From Phyllobates terribilis (Eukaryota), in contig NW_027362762.1 of the NCBI RefSeq assembly GCF_046119375.1, positions 254,944,001-255,008,000 on the forward strand: DNA of 64,000 bases, in the 5' to 3' direction. The notes below the pieces were generated by a model that was given only the letters and a program-made list of their open reading frames with translations, had not been told where the DNA came from and searched no databases. The stretch's first letter is position 1; each line of letters begins with the position of its first letter. Position numbers and translations under genes: made by a program. Positions 35,820 to 50,207 of this stretch are shown piece by piece.

Positions 35820-38800
35820 TTAGGAGGAAATGCAATGCCCCTTGGAAGAGTCGTGAAGTTAGAGGTAATTAAAAACAACATTTCAATGCCCCTTGGAAGA
35901 GACGTGGAGGTCACAGTAGCTTAACAAGACGGTTTTAATGCCCCTTGGAAGAGTGGTGGAACTTACAGTGGAATAAAAAGACAATATCAATGCCCCGTGG
36001 AAGAGATGTGTAGGTCACAGTAGCTTAACAAGATGGTTTTAATGCCCATTGGAAGAATGGTGGAGGTCGCAGTTGAATAAAAAGACAATATCAATGCCCC
36101 TTGGAAGAGTGGTGGAGGTCGCAGTAGCTTAACAAGACGGTTTTAATGGTGGAGGTCGCAGTAGTTAACAATACGGTTATAATGCCCCTTGGTGAAGTGG
36201 TGGAGGTCGCAGTAGCTTAGCAAGACAGTTTTAATGCCCCTAGGAAGAGACTTGGAGGTCAGAGTGGTTTAACAAGATGGTTTTAATGCCACTTGGAAGA
36301 GTGGAGGAGGTTGCAGTGGCTTAACAAGACGGTTTTAATGCCCCTTTGAAGAGATGTGGAGGTTGCAGTAGCTTAACAAGACGGTTTTATTGCCCCTTGG
36401 AAGAGTGGTGGAGGTCACAGTAGCTTAACAACACGGTTTAAATGCCCTTTGGAAAAGTGGTGGAGGTCGCAGTAGCTTAACAAGACGGTTTTAATGCCCC
36501 TTGGAAGAGACGTGGAGGTCTGAGTGGTTTAACAAGATGGTTTTAATGCCTCTTGGAAAAGTGGTGGAGGTCGCAGTAGCTTAACAAGACGGTATTAATG
36601 CCCCTTGGAAGAGAGGTGGAGGTCTGAGTGGTTTAACAAGACGGTTTTAATGCCTCTTTAAAAAGTGGTGGAGGTCGCAGAAGCTTAACAAGACGGTATT
36701 AATGCCCCTTGGAAGAGACGTGGAGGTTGCAGTAGCTTAACAAGACGGTTTTCATGCCCCTTGGAAGAGTGGTGGAGGTCACAGTAGCTTAACAACACGG
36801 TTTAAATGCCCCTTGGAAGAGACGTGGAGGTCACAGTGGAATAAAAAGACAATATCAATGCCCCTTGGAAGAGTGGTGGTGGTCGCAGTAGCTTAACAAG
36901 ACAATTTAATGCCTCTTGGAAAAGTGGTGGAGGTCGCAGTAGCTTAACAAGATGGTTTTTATGCCCCTTGGAAGAAACGTGGAGGTCTGAGTGGTTTAAC
37001 AAGACGGTTTTAATGCCTCTTGGAAAAGTGGTGGAGGTCGCAGTAGCTTAACAAGACGGTATTAGTGCCCCTTGGAAGAGAAGTGGAGGTCAGAGTGGTT
37101 TAACAAGATGGTTTTAATGCCCATTGGAAAAGTGGTGGAGGTCGCAGTGGCTTAAAAAGATGGTTTTCATGCCCCTTGGAAGAGCGGTGGAGGTCACCGT
37201 AGCTTAACAAGATGATTTTAATGCCCCTTGGAAGAGTGGTGTAGGTCGCAGTAGCTTAACAAGAGAGTTTAAATGCCCCTTGGTAGAGTGGTGGAGGTTG
37301 CAGTAGCTTAACAAGACGGTTTTTATTCCCCTTGTAAGAGACGTGGAGGTCGCAGTAGCTTAACAAAATGGTTTTAATTACCCTTGGGAGAGTGGTGGAG
37401 GTCACAGTAGCTTAACAAGATGGTTTAAATGCCCCTTGGAAGAGACTTGGAGGTCACAGTGGAATAAAAAGACAATATCAATGCACCTTGGAAGAGTGGT
37501 GGAGGTCGTAGTGGAATAAAAAGACAATATCAATGTCCCTTGGAAAAGAGGTGGAGGTCACAGTAGCTTAACAAGACGGTTTTAATGCCCCTTGGAAAAG
37601 TGGTGGAGGTCGCAGCATCTTAACAAGACGGTTTTTATGCCCCTTGGAAGAGACGTGGAGGTCTGAGTGGTTTAACAAGACGGTTTTAATGCCCCTTGGA
37701 AAAGTGGTGGATGTCGCAGTAGCTTAACAAGGTGGTTTTAATGCCTCTTAGAAGAGACGAGGAGGTCAGAGTGACTTAACAAGATGGTTTTAATGCCCCT
37801 TGGAAAAGTGGTGGAGGTCGCAGTAGCTTAACTAGATGGTTTTTATGCCCCTTGGAAAAGACGCGGAGGTCTGAGTGGTTTAACAAGACGGTTTAAATGC
37901 CCCTTGGAAACGTGGTGGAGGTCGCAGTAGCTTAACAAGACGGTTTTTATGCCCCTTGGAAAAGACGTGGAGGTCTGAGTGGTTTAACAAGATGGTTTTA
38001 ATGCCTCTTGGAAAAGTGATGGAGGTCGCAGTAGCTTAACAAGACGATATTAATGCCCCTTGGAAGGGACGTGGAGATCTGAGTGGTTTAACAAGATGGT
38101 TTTAATGCCTCTTTAAAAAGTGGTGGAGGTCGCAGAAGCTTAACAAGTCGGTATTAATGCCCCTTGGAAGAGATGTGGAGGTTGCAGTAGCTTAACAAGA
38201 TGGTTTTCATGCCCCTTGGAAGAGTGGTGGAGGTCACAGTAGCTTAACAACACGGTTTAAATGCCCCTTGGAAGAGACGTGGAGGTCACAGTGGAATAAA
38301 AAGACAATATCAATGCCCCTTGGAAGAGTGGTGGATGTCACAGTAGCTTAACAAGACAATTTTAATGCCTCTTGGAAAAGTGGTGAAGGTCAGAGTAGTT
38401 TAACAAGCTGGTTTTAATGCCCCTTGGAAAAGTGGTGGAGGTCGCAGTAGCTTAACTAGACTGTTTTAATGCCCCTTGGTAGAGCGCTGGAGGTCGTAGT
38501 AGCTTAATATGACGGTTTTAATGCCCCTTGGAAGAGTGGTGGTGGTCGCAGTAGCTTAACAAGACAGTTTAAATGCCCCTTGGAAGTGTGGTGGAGGTCT
38601 CAGTAGCTTAACAAACAGTTTAAATGCCCCGTGGAAAAGTGGTGGAGGTCGCAGTAGCTTAACAAGATGGTTTTAATGCCTCTTGGAAGAGACGTGGAGG
38701 TCAGAGTGGTTTAACAAGATGGTTTTAATGCCCCTTGGAAAAGTAATGGAGGTCGCAGTAGCTTAACTAGACGGTTTTAATGCCCCTTGGAAGTGTGGTG

Positions 38801-41800
38801 GAGGTCTCAGTAGCTTAACAAGACAGTTTAAATGCCCCGAGGAAAAGTGGTGGAGGTTACCGTAGCTTAACAAGATGATTTTAATGCCCCTTGGAAGAGT
38901 GGCGTAGGTCGCAGTAGCTTAACAAGAGAGTTTAAATGCCCCTTGGTAGAGTGGTGGAGGTTGCAGTAGCTTAACAAGACGGTTTTAATTCCCCTTGTAA
39001 GAGACGTGGAGGTCGCAGTAGCTTAACAAAATGGTTTTAATTACCCTTGGGAGAGTGGTGGAGGTCACAGTAGCTTAACAAGATGGTTTAAATGCCCCTT
39101 GGAAGAGACTTGGAGGTCACAGTGGAATAAAAAGACAATATCAATGCACCTTGGAAAAGTGGTGGAGGTCGTAGTGGAATAAAAAGACAATATCAATGTC
39201 CCTTGGAAAAGAGGTGGAGGTCACAGTAGCTTAACAAGACGGTTTTAATGCCCCTTGGAAAAGTGGTGGAGGTCGCAGCATCTTAACAAGACGGTTTTTA
39301 TGCCCCTTGGAAGAGACGTGGAGGTCTGAGTGGTTTAACAAGACGGATTTAATGCCCCTTGGAAAAGTGGTGGATGTCGCAGTAGCTTAACAAGGCTGTT
39401 TTAATGCCTCTTAGAAGAGACGAGGAGGTCAGAGTGATTTAACAAGATGGTTTTAATGCCCCTTGGAAAAGTGGTGGAGGTCGCAGTAGCTTAACTAGAT
39501 GGTTTTTATACCCCTTGGAAAAGACGCGGAGGTCTGAGTGGATTAACAAGACGGTTTTAATGACCCTTGGAAAAGTGGTGGAGGTCTCAGTAGCTTAACT
39601 AGACCGTTTTAATGCCCCTTGGAAGAGCGGTGGAGGTCGCAGTAGCTTAACAAGACAGTTTTAATGCCCCTTGGAAGAGTGGTGGAGGTCGCAGTAGCTT
39701 AACAAGACAGTTTAAATGCCCCGTGGAAAAGTGGTGGAGGTCGCAGTACCTTAACAAGACGGTTTTAATGCCCCTTGGAAAAGTTGTGGAGGTCACAGCA
39801 GCTTAACAAGACAATTTTAATGCCCCGTGGAAGAGTGGTGGAGGTCGCAGTTGCTTAACAAGAGAGTTTAAATGCCCCATGGAAGAGTGGTGGAGGTCGT
39901 AGTTGCTTAACAAGACGGTTTTAATGCCCCATGAAAGAGACGTGGAGGTCGCAGTAGCTTAACAATATGGTTTTAATGCCCGTTGGGAGAGTGGTGGAGG
40001 TCACAGTAGCTTAACAAGATTTTTTAAATGCCCCTTGGAAGAGACTTGGAGGTCACAGTGTAATAAGAAGACAATATCAATGCCTCTTGGAAGACTGGTG
40101 GGAGTCGCAGTTGAATAAAAAGCCGATATCAATGCCCCTTGGAAAAGTGGTGGAGGTCACAGTAGCTTCACAAGACGGTTTTAATGCCCCTTGGGAAAGT
40201 GGTGGAGGTCGCAGTAGCTTAACAAGATGGTTTTTATGCCCCTTGGAAGAGACGTGGGGGTCTGAGTGGTTTAACAAGACGGTTTTAAAGCCCCTTGGAA
40301 AATTGGTGGAGGTCGCAGTAGCTTAACAAGATGGTTTTAATGGCCCTTGGAAGAGACGTGGAGGTCAGAGTGGTTTAACAAGATGGTTTTAATGCCCCTT
40401 GGAAAAGTAATGGAGGTCGCAGTAGCTTAAATAGATGGTTTTAATGCCCCTTGGAAGAGTGGAGGAGGTCGCAGTAGCTTAACAAGATGGTTTTAATGCC
40501 CCTTGGAAGTGTGGTGGAGGTATCAGTAGCTTAACAAGACAGTTTAAATGCCCCGAGGAAATGTGGTGGAGGTCACCGTAGCTTAACAAGATGATTTTAA
40601 TGCCCCTTGGAAGAGTGGTGTAGGTCGCAGTAGCTTAACAAGAGAGTTTAAATGCCCCTTGGTACAGTGGTGGAGGATGCAGTAGCTTAACAAGACGGAT
40701 TTAATTCCCCTTGGAAGAGATGTGGAGGTCGCAGTAGCTTAACTACATGGTTTTCATGCCCCTTGGGAGAGTGGTGGAGGTCACAGTAGCTTAACAAGAT
40801 GGTTTAAATGCCCCTTGGAAGAGAATTGGAAGTCATAGTGGAATAAAAAGACAATATTAATGCCCCTTGGAAGAGTGGTGGAGGTCGCAGTGGAATAAAA
40901 AGACAATATCAATGCCCCTTAGAAAAGTGGTGGAGGTCACAGTAGCTTAACAAGACTGTTTTAATGCCCTTGGAAAAGTGGTGGAGGTCGCAGGAGCTTT
41001 ACAAGACGGTTTTAATGCCCCTTGGAAGAGACGTGGAGGTCAGAGTGGATTAACAAGACTGTTTTAATGCCCCTTGGAAAAGTGGTGGAGGTCGCAGTAG
41101 CTTAACAAGGCAGTTTTAATACCCCTTGGAAGAGCGGTGGAGTTCGCAGTAGCTTAACAAGATGTTTTTATTGCCCCTTGGAAGAGTGGTGGAGGTCACA
41201 GTAGCTTAACAAGACAGTTTTAATTCCCCTTGGAATTGCGGTGGAGGTCGCAGTAGCTTAATAAGACGGTTTAATTGCCCCTTGGAAGAGACGTGGAGGT
41301 CAAAGTGATTTAACAAGACGGTTTTAATGCCCCTTGGAAAAGTGGTGGAGGTCGCAGTAGCTTAATAAGACGGTTTAATTGCCCCTTGGAAGAGACGTGG
41401 AGGTCAAAGTGGTTTAACAAGACGGTTTTAATGCCCCTTGGAAAAGTGGTGGGGGTCACAGTAGCTAAACAAGACGGTTTTTATGCCCCTTGGAAGAGCG
41501 GTGGAGGTCGAAGTAGCTTAACAAGACGGTTTTAATGCCCCTTGGAGGAGTGGTGGAGGTCGCAGTAGCTTAACAAGACGGTTTTAATGCCCCTTGGAAG
41601 AGATGTGGAGGTCAGAGTGGTTTAACAAGATGGTATTAATGCCCCTTGGAAGAGTGGTGGAAGTCACAGTAACTTATCAAGATAGTTTAAATGCCCCTTG
41701 AAAGAGACGTGGAGGTCACAGTTGAAAAAAAAGACAATATCAATGCCCCTTGGAAGGGTGGTGAAGGTTGCAGTGGAATAAAAAGACAATATCAATGCCC

Positions 41801-44800
41801 TTTGGAGGAGTAGTGGAGGTCGCAGTAGCTTAACAAAACGGTTTTAATCCCCCTTGTAAGAGACGTGGAGGTCAGAGTGGTTAAACAATACGGTTTTAAT
41901 GCCCCTTGGAAGAGTGGTGGAGGTCCCAGTAGTTTAACAAGACATTTTTAATGCCCCTTGGAAAAGTGGTGGAGGTCACAGTAGCGTAGCAAGACAGTTT
42001 TAATGCCCCTTAGAAGAGTGGTGGTCACAGTAGCTTAGCAAGACAGTTTTAATGCCCCTTGGAAGAATGGTGGAGGTCGCAGTTGAATAAAAAGACAATA
42101 TCAATGCCCCTTGGGAGAGTGGTGGAGTTTGCATTATCTTAACAAGACGGTTTTAATGCCCCTTGGCAAAGTGGTGGAGGTTGCAGTAGCTTAACAAGAC
42201 GGTTTTAATGCCCTTTGGAAGACACGTGGAGGTTAGAGTGGTTTAACAAGACAGTTTTAATGCCCCTTGGAAGAGTGGTGGAGGTAACAGTAGCTTAACA
42301 AGATGGTTTTAATGCCCCTTGGAAGAGTGGTGGAGGTCACAGTAGCTTAACAAGACAGTTTAAATGCCCCTTGGAATAGTGGTGTAGGTCACAGTGGTTT
42401 AACAAGATGGTTTGATGCCCCTTGGAAGAGTGGTGGAGGTCACAGTAGCTTAACAAGACATTTCAATGCCCCTTGGAAAAGTGGTGGAGGTCACAGTAGC
42501 TGAACAAGACTGTTTAAATGCCCCTTGGAAGAGACGTGGAGGTCACAGTGGAATAAAAAGACAATATTATTGCCGTTTGGAAGAGTCGTGGAGGTCGCAG
42601 TGGAATAAAAAGACAATATCGATGCCCCTTGGAAGAGACGTGGAGGTCATAGTAACTTAACAAGACAGTTTTAATGCTCCTTGGAATTGCGGTGGAGGTA
42701 ACAGTAGCTTAACAAGATGGTTTAATGCCCCTTGGAAGAGTGGTGGAGGTCACTGTAGCTTAACAAGACAGTTTAAATGCCCCTTGGAATAGTGGTGGAG
42801 GTCAGAGTAGCTTAACAACACAGTTTTAATGCCCCTTGGAAGAGACGTGGAGGTCACAGTGGTTTAACAAGATCGTTTGATGACCCTTGGAAGAGACGTG
42901 GAGGTCACAGTGGTTTAACAAGATCGTTTGATGACCCTTGGAAGAGTTTTGGAGGTCACAGTAGCTTAACAAGACATTTTATTGCCCCTTGGAAGAGTGG
43001 TGGAGGTCACAGTAGCTTAACAAGACGGTTTTAATGCCCCTTGGAAGAGACATGGAGGTCAGAGTGGTTTAAGAAAATGGTTTTAATGCCACTTGGAAAA
43101 GTGCTGGAGGTCGCAGTAGCTTAACAAGACAGTTTTAATGCCCCTTGGAAGAGACGTGGAGGTCACAATGGTTTAACAAGATCGTTTGATGCCCCTTGGA
43201 AGAGGGGTGGAGGTCACAGTAGCTTAACAAGACATTTTAATGTCCCCTTGGAAGAGTGGTGGAGGTCACAGTAGCTGAACAAGACGGTTTAAATGCCCCT
43301 TGGAAGAGACGTGGAGGTCACAGTGGAATAAAAAGACAATGTCAATGCCCTTTGGAAGAGTCGTGGAGGTCGCAGTGGAATAAAAAGACAATATCGATGC
43401 CCCTTTGAAGAGACGTGGAGGTCGCAGTAGCTTTACAAGACAGTTTTAATGCCCCTTGGAAGAGCGGTGGAGGTGGCAGTAACTTAACAAGACGGTTTTA
43501 CTTCCCCTTGAAAGAGTGGTGGAGGTCGCAGTAGCTTAAAAAGACGGTTTTAATGCCCATTGGAAGAGACATAGAGGTCAAAGTGCTTTAATAAGACGGT
43601 TTTAATGCCCCTTGGAAAAGTGGTGGAGGTCACAGAAGCTTAACAAGACAGTTTTAATGCCCCTTGGAAAAGAGGTGGAGGTCACAGTAGCTTAACAAGA
43701 CAGTTTTAATGCCCCTTGGAAGAGACTTGGAGGTAAGAGTGGTTAAACAAGACGGTGTTATTGCCCCTTGGAAGAGTGGTGGAGGTCACAGTAGCTTAAC
43801 AAGACGGTTTTAATGCCCCTTGGAAGAGACATGGAGGTCAGACTGGTTTAAGAAGACGGTTTTAATGCCCCTTGGTAAAGTGGTGGAGGTCACAGTATCT
43901 TAACAAGACAGTTTTAATGCCCCTTGGAAGAGACGTGGAGGTCAGAGTGGTTAAACAAGACGGTTTTATTGCCCCTTGGAAGAGTGGTGGAGGTCACAGT
44001 AGCTTAACAAGACGGTTTAAATGCCCCTTGGAAAAGATGTGGAGGTCACAATGGAATAAAAATACAACATCAATGCCCCTTAGAAGCGTGGTGGAGGAAG
44101 TTGTAGCTTAACAAGACGGTTTTAATGCCCCTTGGAAAAGTGTTGGAGTTCGCAGAAGCTTAACAAGACGGTTTAAATGCCCCTTGGAAGAGCGGTGGAG
44201 GTGAGAGTGTTTTAACAAGATGGTTTTAATGCCTCCCCACTGGAAAAGAAGTGGAGGTCACAGTGGAATAAAAAGACAATATCAATGCCCCTTAGATGAG
44301 TGGTGGAGGTCGTAGTAGCTTAACAAGACGGTTTAAATGCCCCTTGGAAAGGATGTGGAGGTCACAATGGAATAAAAATACAACATCAATGCCCCTTATA
44401 AGCATGGTGGAGGTAGTAGTAGCTTAACAAGACTGTTTTAATGCCCCTTGGAAAAGTGTTGGAGTTCGCAGAAGCTTAACAAGATGGTTTTAATGCCCCT
44501 TGGAAGAGCCGTGGAGGTGAGAGTGTTTTAACAAGACGGTTTTAATGCCACCCCCTTGGAAAAGACGTGGAGGTCACAGTGGAATAAAAAGACAATATCA
44601 ATGCCCTTAGATAAGTGGTGGAGGTCGTAGTAGCTTAACAAGATGGTTTTAATGCCCCTTGGAAGAGTGGCGGAGGTCACAGTAACTTAACAAGACAGTT
44701 CAAATGTCTCTTGGAAGAGACTTGGAGGTCACAGGAGAATAAAAAGACAATTTCAATGCCCCTTGGAAGAGTGGTGCAGGTCCCAGTGGAATAAAAAGAC

Positions 44801-46372
44801 AATATCCATGATCCTTAGTAGAGTGGTGGAGGTCGTAGTAGCTTAACAAGACGGTTTTAATGCCCCTTTGAAGAGACTTGGAGGTCAGAGTGGTTTAACA
44901 AGACGGTTTTAATGTCCCTTGGAAAAGTGGTGGAGGTCACCGTAGTTAACAAGACGGTTTTAATGCCCTTTGGAAGAGTGGTGGAGGTCACAGTAGCTTA
45001 GCAATACGGTTTTAATGCCCCTTGGAAGAGACTTGGAGGTCAGAGTGGTTTAACAAGACGGTTTTAATGCCACTTGGAAAAGTGCTGGAGGTCATAGTAG
45101 TTAACAAGACGGTTTTAATGCCTCTTGGAAGAGTGGTGGAGGTCACAGTAGCTTAACAAGACAGTTCTAATGCCCCTTGGAAGAGACATGTAGGTCAGAG
45201 TGGTTTAACTAGACGGTTTTAATGCCCCTAGGAAGAGTGGTGGAGGTCACAGTAGATTAACAAGACGGTTTAAATGCCCCTTGGAAAAGACGTGGAGGTC
45301 ACAGTGGAATAAAAAGACAATATCAATGCCCCTTGGAAGAGTGGTGGAGGTCGCAGTGGATTAAAAAGACAATATCAATACCCCTTGGAAGAGTGGTGGA
45401 GGTCTCAGTAGCTTAACACGACGTTTTTAATGCCCCTTGGAAGAGACGTCGAGGTCAGAGTGGTTTAACAAGATGGCTTTAATGCCCCTTGGAAGAGTGG
45501 TGGAGGTCGCAGTAGCTTAACAAGATGGTTTTAATGCCCCTTGGAAGAGTGGTGGAGGTCGCAGTGGAATAAAAAGACAATATCAATGCCCTTTGGAAGA
45601 GTGGTGGAGGTCACAGTAGCTTAACAAGATGGTTTTAATGCCCCTTGGAAAAGTGGTGGAGATCGCAGGAGCTTAATAAGATGGTTTTAATGCCCCTTGT
45701 AAAAGACGTGGAGGTCAGAGTTGTTTAACAAGACGGTTTTATTGCCCCTTGGAAGAGTTGTGGAGGTCACAGTAGCTTAACAAGACAGTTTTAATGCCCC
45801 TTGGGAGAGTTGTGGAGATCACAGTAGCTTAACAAGACAGTTAATGCCCTTTGGAAAATACGTGGAGGTAAAAGTGTTTTAACAAGATGGTTTTAATGCC
45901 CCTTGGAAGAGAGTTGGACGTCACAGTAGCTTAACTAGACGGTTTTAATGCCCCTTGGAAGAGTGGTGGATGTCACAGTAGCTGAACAAGACGGTTTAAT
46001 TGCCCCTTGGAAGAGACGTGGAGTTTACAGTGGAATAAAAAGACAATATCAATGCCCATTGGAAGAGTGGTGGAGGTGGCAGTGGAATAAAAAGACAATA
46101 TTAATGCCCCTTGGAAGAGTGGTGGAGGTCGCAGAAGCTTAACAAGACGGTTTTAATGCCCCTTGGAAAAGTGGTGGACGTCGCATTAGCTCAACAAAAT
46201 GGTTTTAATGCCCCTTGGAAGAGACGTGGAGGTACAAGGGGTTTAACAAGATGGTTTTAATGCCACTTGGAAGAGTGTTGGAGGTCACAGTAGCTTAACA
46301 AGATGGTTTTAATGCCTCTTGGAAGAGTGGTGGAGGTCACAGTAGCTTAACAAGATAGTTTTAGTGCCCCTT
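35820..46372 (+). repeat. 52-bp satellite array, ~200 monomers, with higher-order repeats
   Basis: Consensus AATGCCCCTTGGAAGAGTGGTGGAGGTCGCAGTAGCTTAACAAGACGGTTTT (e.g. 36441, 36493); three monomer variants; diagnostic blocks repeat at 1455, 1663 and 1716 bp. Confidence 0.97.
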
Positions 46373-46661
46373 ACAAGAGCCATGCAGTACAGCATATTAA
46401 AAACATTATTCCCATTTTTGGGGTGTGGGTCTCCCATAGTCTTTGCCTATGCCTTCCATGCAAAAGCTGCCAAAAATTCGGACGGAGGAACTTGCAATGC
46501 TGACAACATGGACCACAGTCACCCTGGTGCTGTAGTGGTTGTGGAGGCTGAGGATAAATAGAAGAACTTAAAGCATCCGAAATGAGGAAGCGTATACCCA
46601 TGTGTGGTTGTGAAGCGGTGCATGGGAATACACCTCCCGAAATAACACAGTGGATTTGACT

Positions 46662-48230
46662 CTATGTTACTCTGCTGTCATTTGGTGGTGATGAGAAGTC
46701 TGGCCCAATCCAGCCCTTGTTCATTTTGATAAGGGTCAGCTTTTCAGCATTGTCAGTTGACAGGCGAGTGCGCTTATCAGTTATAATTCCCCCACCGGCA
46801 CTAAAAACACACTCCGATAACACGCTAGTGGAAGGACAGGCCTGTACCTCCAAGGCGTACAGAGCGAGTTCATTCCAAGTGTCCAGCTTGGATACCCAAT
46901 AATTAAAAGGCACAGAGGAATGACGGAGGACGCTGGTACAGTCGGCAAGGTACTCCCTCACCATCTTTTGAAACTTTCCACTCCTTGTGAGAGTATCCCG
47001 CGCCTCAGGGCCTGTAAGCTGGGCGGGTCTCAGAAAACTGTCCCAGAACGTTGACAGTGTTCCCCTGCCTCTGCAGAATTGGAGTTGCGTTTCTCTCGCC
47101 TGTACGCCTCTGCCGCTAGCGTGTTCAGATGGGATTTTTTTTTAACAATTCTGCAGCAAGGGCCTTCTGGTACTGCCCCATTTTTGTAGACCTCTCCACC
47201 TCAGGATTAAGAGAGTGAAAGTTCTACTTGTATCGGGGCTCTAAAAGTGTCACCAACCAGTAATGACTGTCACCCAACATTTTTACAATGCGAGGGTACC
47301 GGTTAAGGCAGCATAACATAAAGTCAGCCATGCGCGCCAGACTGGTAATGGGCAAGACTTCCGTGTCCTCACCAAGATGACGACTGACCATGCTCTCCTC
47401 CTCCTCCCCCTCCTCCTCCTCCCCCCTGTCCTCAGGCCACCCACGCTTAACCGATGGTATGACAGTTGTAGAGGTACTACCGTCTTCAGCGCATGATACC
47501 AGCTCCTGTTCTTCCTCCTCCTCCTCTCCCTCATTGTCCCCCAATGCACGTTGGGATGAGATGAGGCTGGGCTGTGTGTAATCGCCTGTTACGGCTTCTT
47601 GATCCATCTTATCATACTCTGGCTGCAAAGCCTCCTCTTTAATTCTCTGCAGAGAGTGTTGCAAGAGACAGACAAGTGAAATGCTGAGACTAATGATGGC
47701 GTCATCGCCACTCACCATCTTGGTGGATTCCTCAAAGTTTGTAAGGATGGTACATATGTCAGACATCCAGGTCCACTCCTGAGGTCTTATGTGTGGAGTC
47801 TGACCTGAATATTGACGACTTTGTTGCAGCTGGTACTCCACAACTGCTTTCTTCTGCTCACAAATCGTTTGCAACATGTGGAGGGTAGAATTCCAATGTG
47901 AGGGTACATCACACACCAGTCGGTGTGCCAGAAGCTGCAAACGCTGCTGCAGCACAGCAGGGGCGGCGGAAGCTGTAGCCGACTTGCGAAAATGAGCTGA
48001 CAGGTGGCGTACTTTGACGAGCAGATCTGGTAACTCGGGGTATGATTTAAGAAACCGCTGAACCACGAGGTTAAGCACATGAGCCAGGCATGGAACGTGT
48101 GTGATCTCGCCTCTTCACAGAGCAGCCACCAGGTTACGGCCATTGTCACACACGACCATGCATAGATGTAGGTTCAGCGGTCTCAGCCACAGATCTCCCT
48201 GCTCTTTCACAGCTGTCCACAACTCACAAG
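46662..48230 (-). pseudogene. hAT-C transposase, C-terminal half
   Basis: MLNLVVQRFL..CDVPSHWNSTLHML..; CPSTSVLSECVFSAGGGIITDKRTRLS. Confidence 0.92.
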
Positions 48231-49146
48231 TAGAGATGAGCGGTGTTCGACTTGAACTGTTCGCCAATCTCAAATTCGAGCTGTTTTGGGCGGTGTTCGA
48301 GCCGTTCGGCGAACACGAACGATTTGAAAAAAATTCGGCTTTTCGAGGTTATGTTCGATAACTGTTCGTGCACCAAAATCATAACTGGATTTTTTCTCAG
48401 AAATGATGAAAATTAATGTTAATACCAGATTGAGTGTACAGCGGGGCGGGGGGAGGGGCAGGGGATGGATCTCTGCCGGAATAATGAAGATCTCCATTTT
48501 TTTTTTCTCTTTCCCGCATTTACAGTCGGGAGGTGCAATCTGTCAGCCTATCAGCAGCGCACACACGGAGCGAAGTGCTTTTTTTCACACAAGCAAGGGC
48601 ATGTGTCATTGGCAGTGTATGTCACATGTCCTTGCCCTATAAGACCCAGCCATTTTCCCTGTCGCCACCATTTTCTCACTGCTGCAGCTGCGTGTTAGAC
48701 GGCACCGCTGTTGCTGTGTGCGCTATACCTTGTTAATTTCAAGCCAATTTTCGCACAAATCTACAGATAGCTTGGGAGTAGGGAATAGTTGTGATTGCAG
48801 TCCTTTTAAGGACTAGGTTACAGCATTTCCTATGACTTTTATCAGGCACGTCTGTGCTCTTAAATAGATAGGTTGGGAGTAAAGACTAATTGTAATTGCA
48901 GTCCTTTTCAGGACTAAGTTAGATCAGTTCCTATCAGTTTTTGCCAGGCAGGTCTGTGCCAGTGCTGTGCAAGTTTTTTTCACAGCATTTGGCTAAATCT
49001 AGCAAAGCTAATCCTTTTTGGCCTATTGCAGAGTGTGTTAGTCAGTGGAGTAGCCTATCTGTGTTGCAAGCTACACCACCTGTGTATAGAATACCAATTT
49101 TTTTACTGCACCTAGTGATGTAAAACATTTTGGGCATAGCATCATT

Positions 49147-50092
49147 CTATTAGTCCATCTATACTGACCTCCATAAGGTTGCAAATTGAATATAATTTTT
49201 TTCTGCATCTTCCTCTGAAAAAATATTTGGGCTTCTAGCTGTGTGTGGGACTTGTTCTATTAGTCCATCTATACTGACCTCCATCAGGTTGCAAATTGAA
49301 TATAATTTTTTTCTGCATCTAGCTCTGAAAAAATATTTGGCCTTCTAGCAGTGTGTGGGACTTGTTCTATTAGTCCATCTATACTGACCTCCATCAGGTT
49401 GCAAATTGAATATAATATTATTCTGCATCTAGCTCTGAAAAAATATTTGGCCTTCTAGCAGTGTGTGGGACTTGTTCTATTAGTCCATCTATACTGACCT
49501 CCATCAGGTTGCAAATTGAATATAATATTTTTCTGCATCTAGCTCTGAAAAAATATTTGGCCTTCTAGCAGTGTGTGGGACTTGGTCTATTAGTTCATCT
49601 ATACTGACCTCCATCAGGTTGCAAATTGAATATAATATTTTTCTGCATCTAGCTCTGAAAAAATATTTGGGCTTCTAGCAGTGTGTGGGACTTGTTCTAT
49701 TAGTCCATCTATACTGACCTCCATCAGGTTGCAAATTGAATATAATATTTTTCTGCATCTAGCTCTGAAAAAATATTTGGCCTTTTAGCAGTGTGTGGGA
49801 CTTGTTCTATTAGTCCATCTATACTGACCTCCATCAGGTTGCAAATTGAATATACTATTTTTCTGCATCTAGCTCTGAAAAAATATTTTGCCTTCTAGCA
49901 GTGTGTGGGACATGTTCTATTAGTTCATCTATACTGACCTCCATCACGTTGCAAATTGAATATAATTTTTTTCTGCATCTAGCTCTGAAAAAATATTTGG
50001 CCTTCTAGCTGTGTGTGGGACTTGTTCTATTAGTCCATCTATACTGACCTCCATCAGGTTGCAAATTGAATATAATTTTTTTCTGCATCTAA
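49147..50092 (+). repeat. Homogeneous tandem array of ~8.6 x 110-bp units upstream of the hAT-D ATG
   Basis: CTATTAGT(C/T)CATC at 49147, 49257, 49367, 49477, 49587, 49697, 49807, 49917, 50027. Confidence 0.97.
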
Positions 50093-50207
50093 CCCAGACA
50101 ATAGTTTTGGCCTAATTCCACAGTTTGGCCTCTCAGCTCTGCTCGGTTCCCATCCATTGTTTTTTTGTGCAAACAACTCCAGAGTTGTGAATTAGTTAAC
50201 CACCAAA

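Noticed and set aside
40077-46142. Short ORFs MPLGKVVEVTVA... in the satellite
   Set aside because: Chance read-through of 52-bp monomers.
35820-46372. CRISPR-like regular repeat array
   Set aside because: The whole 52-bp unit is repeated with no unique spacers, there are no cas genes, and the context is eukaryotic; it is a satellite.
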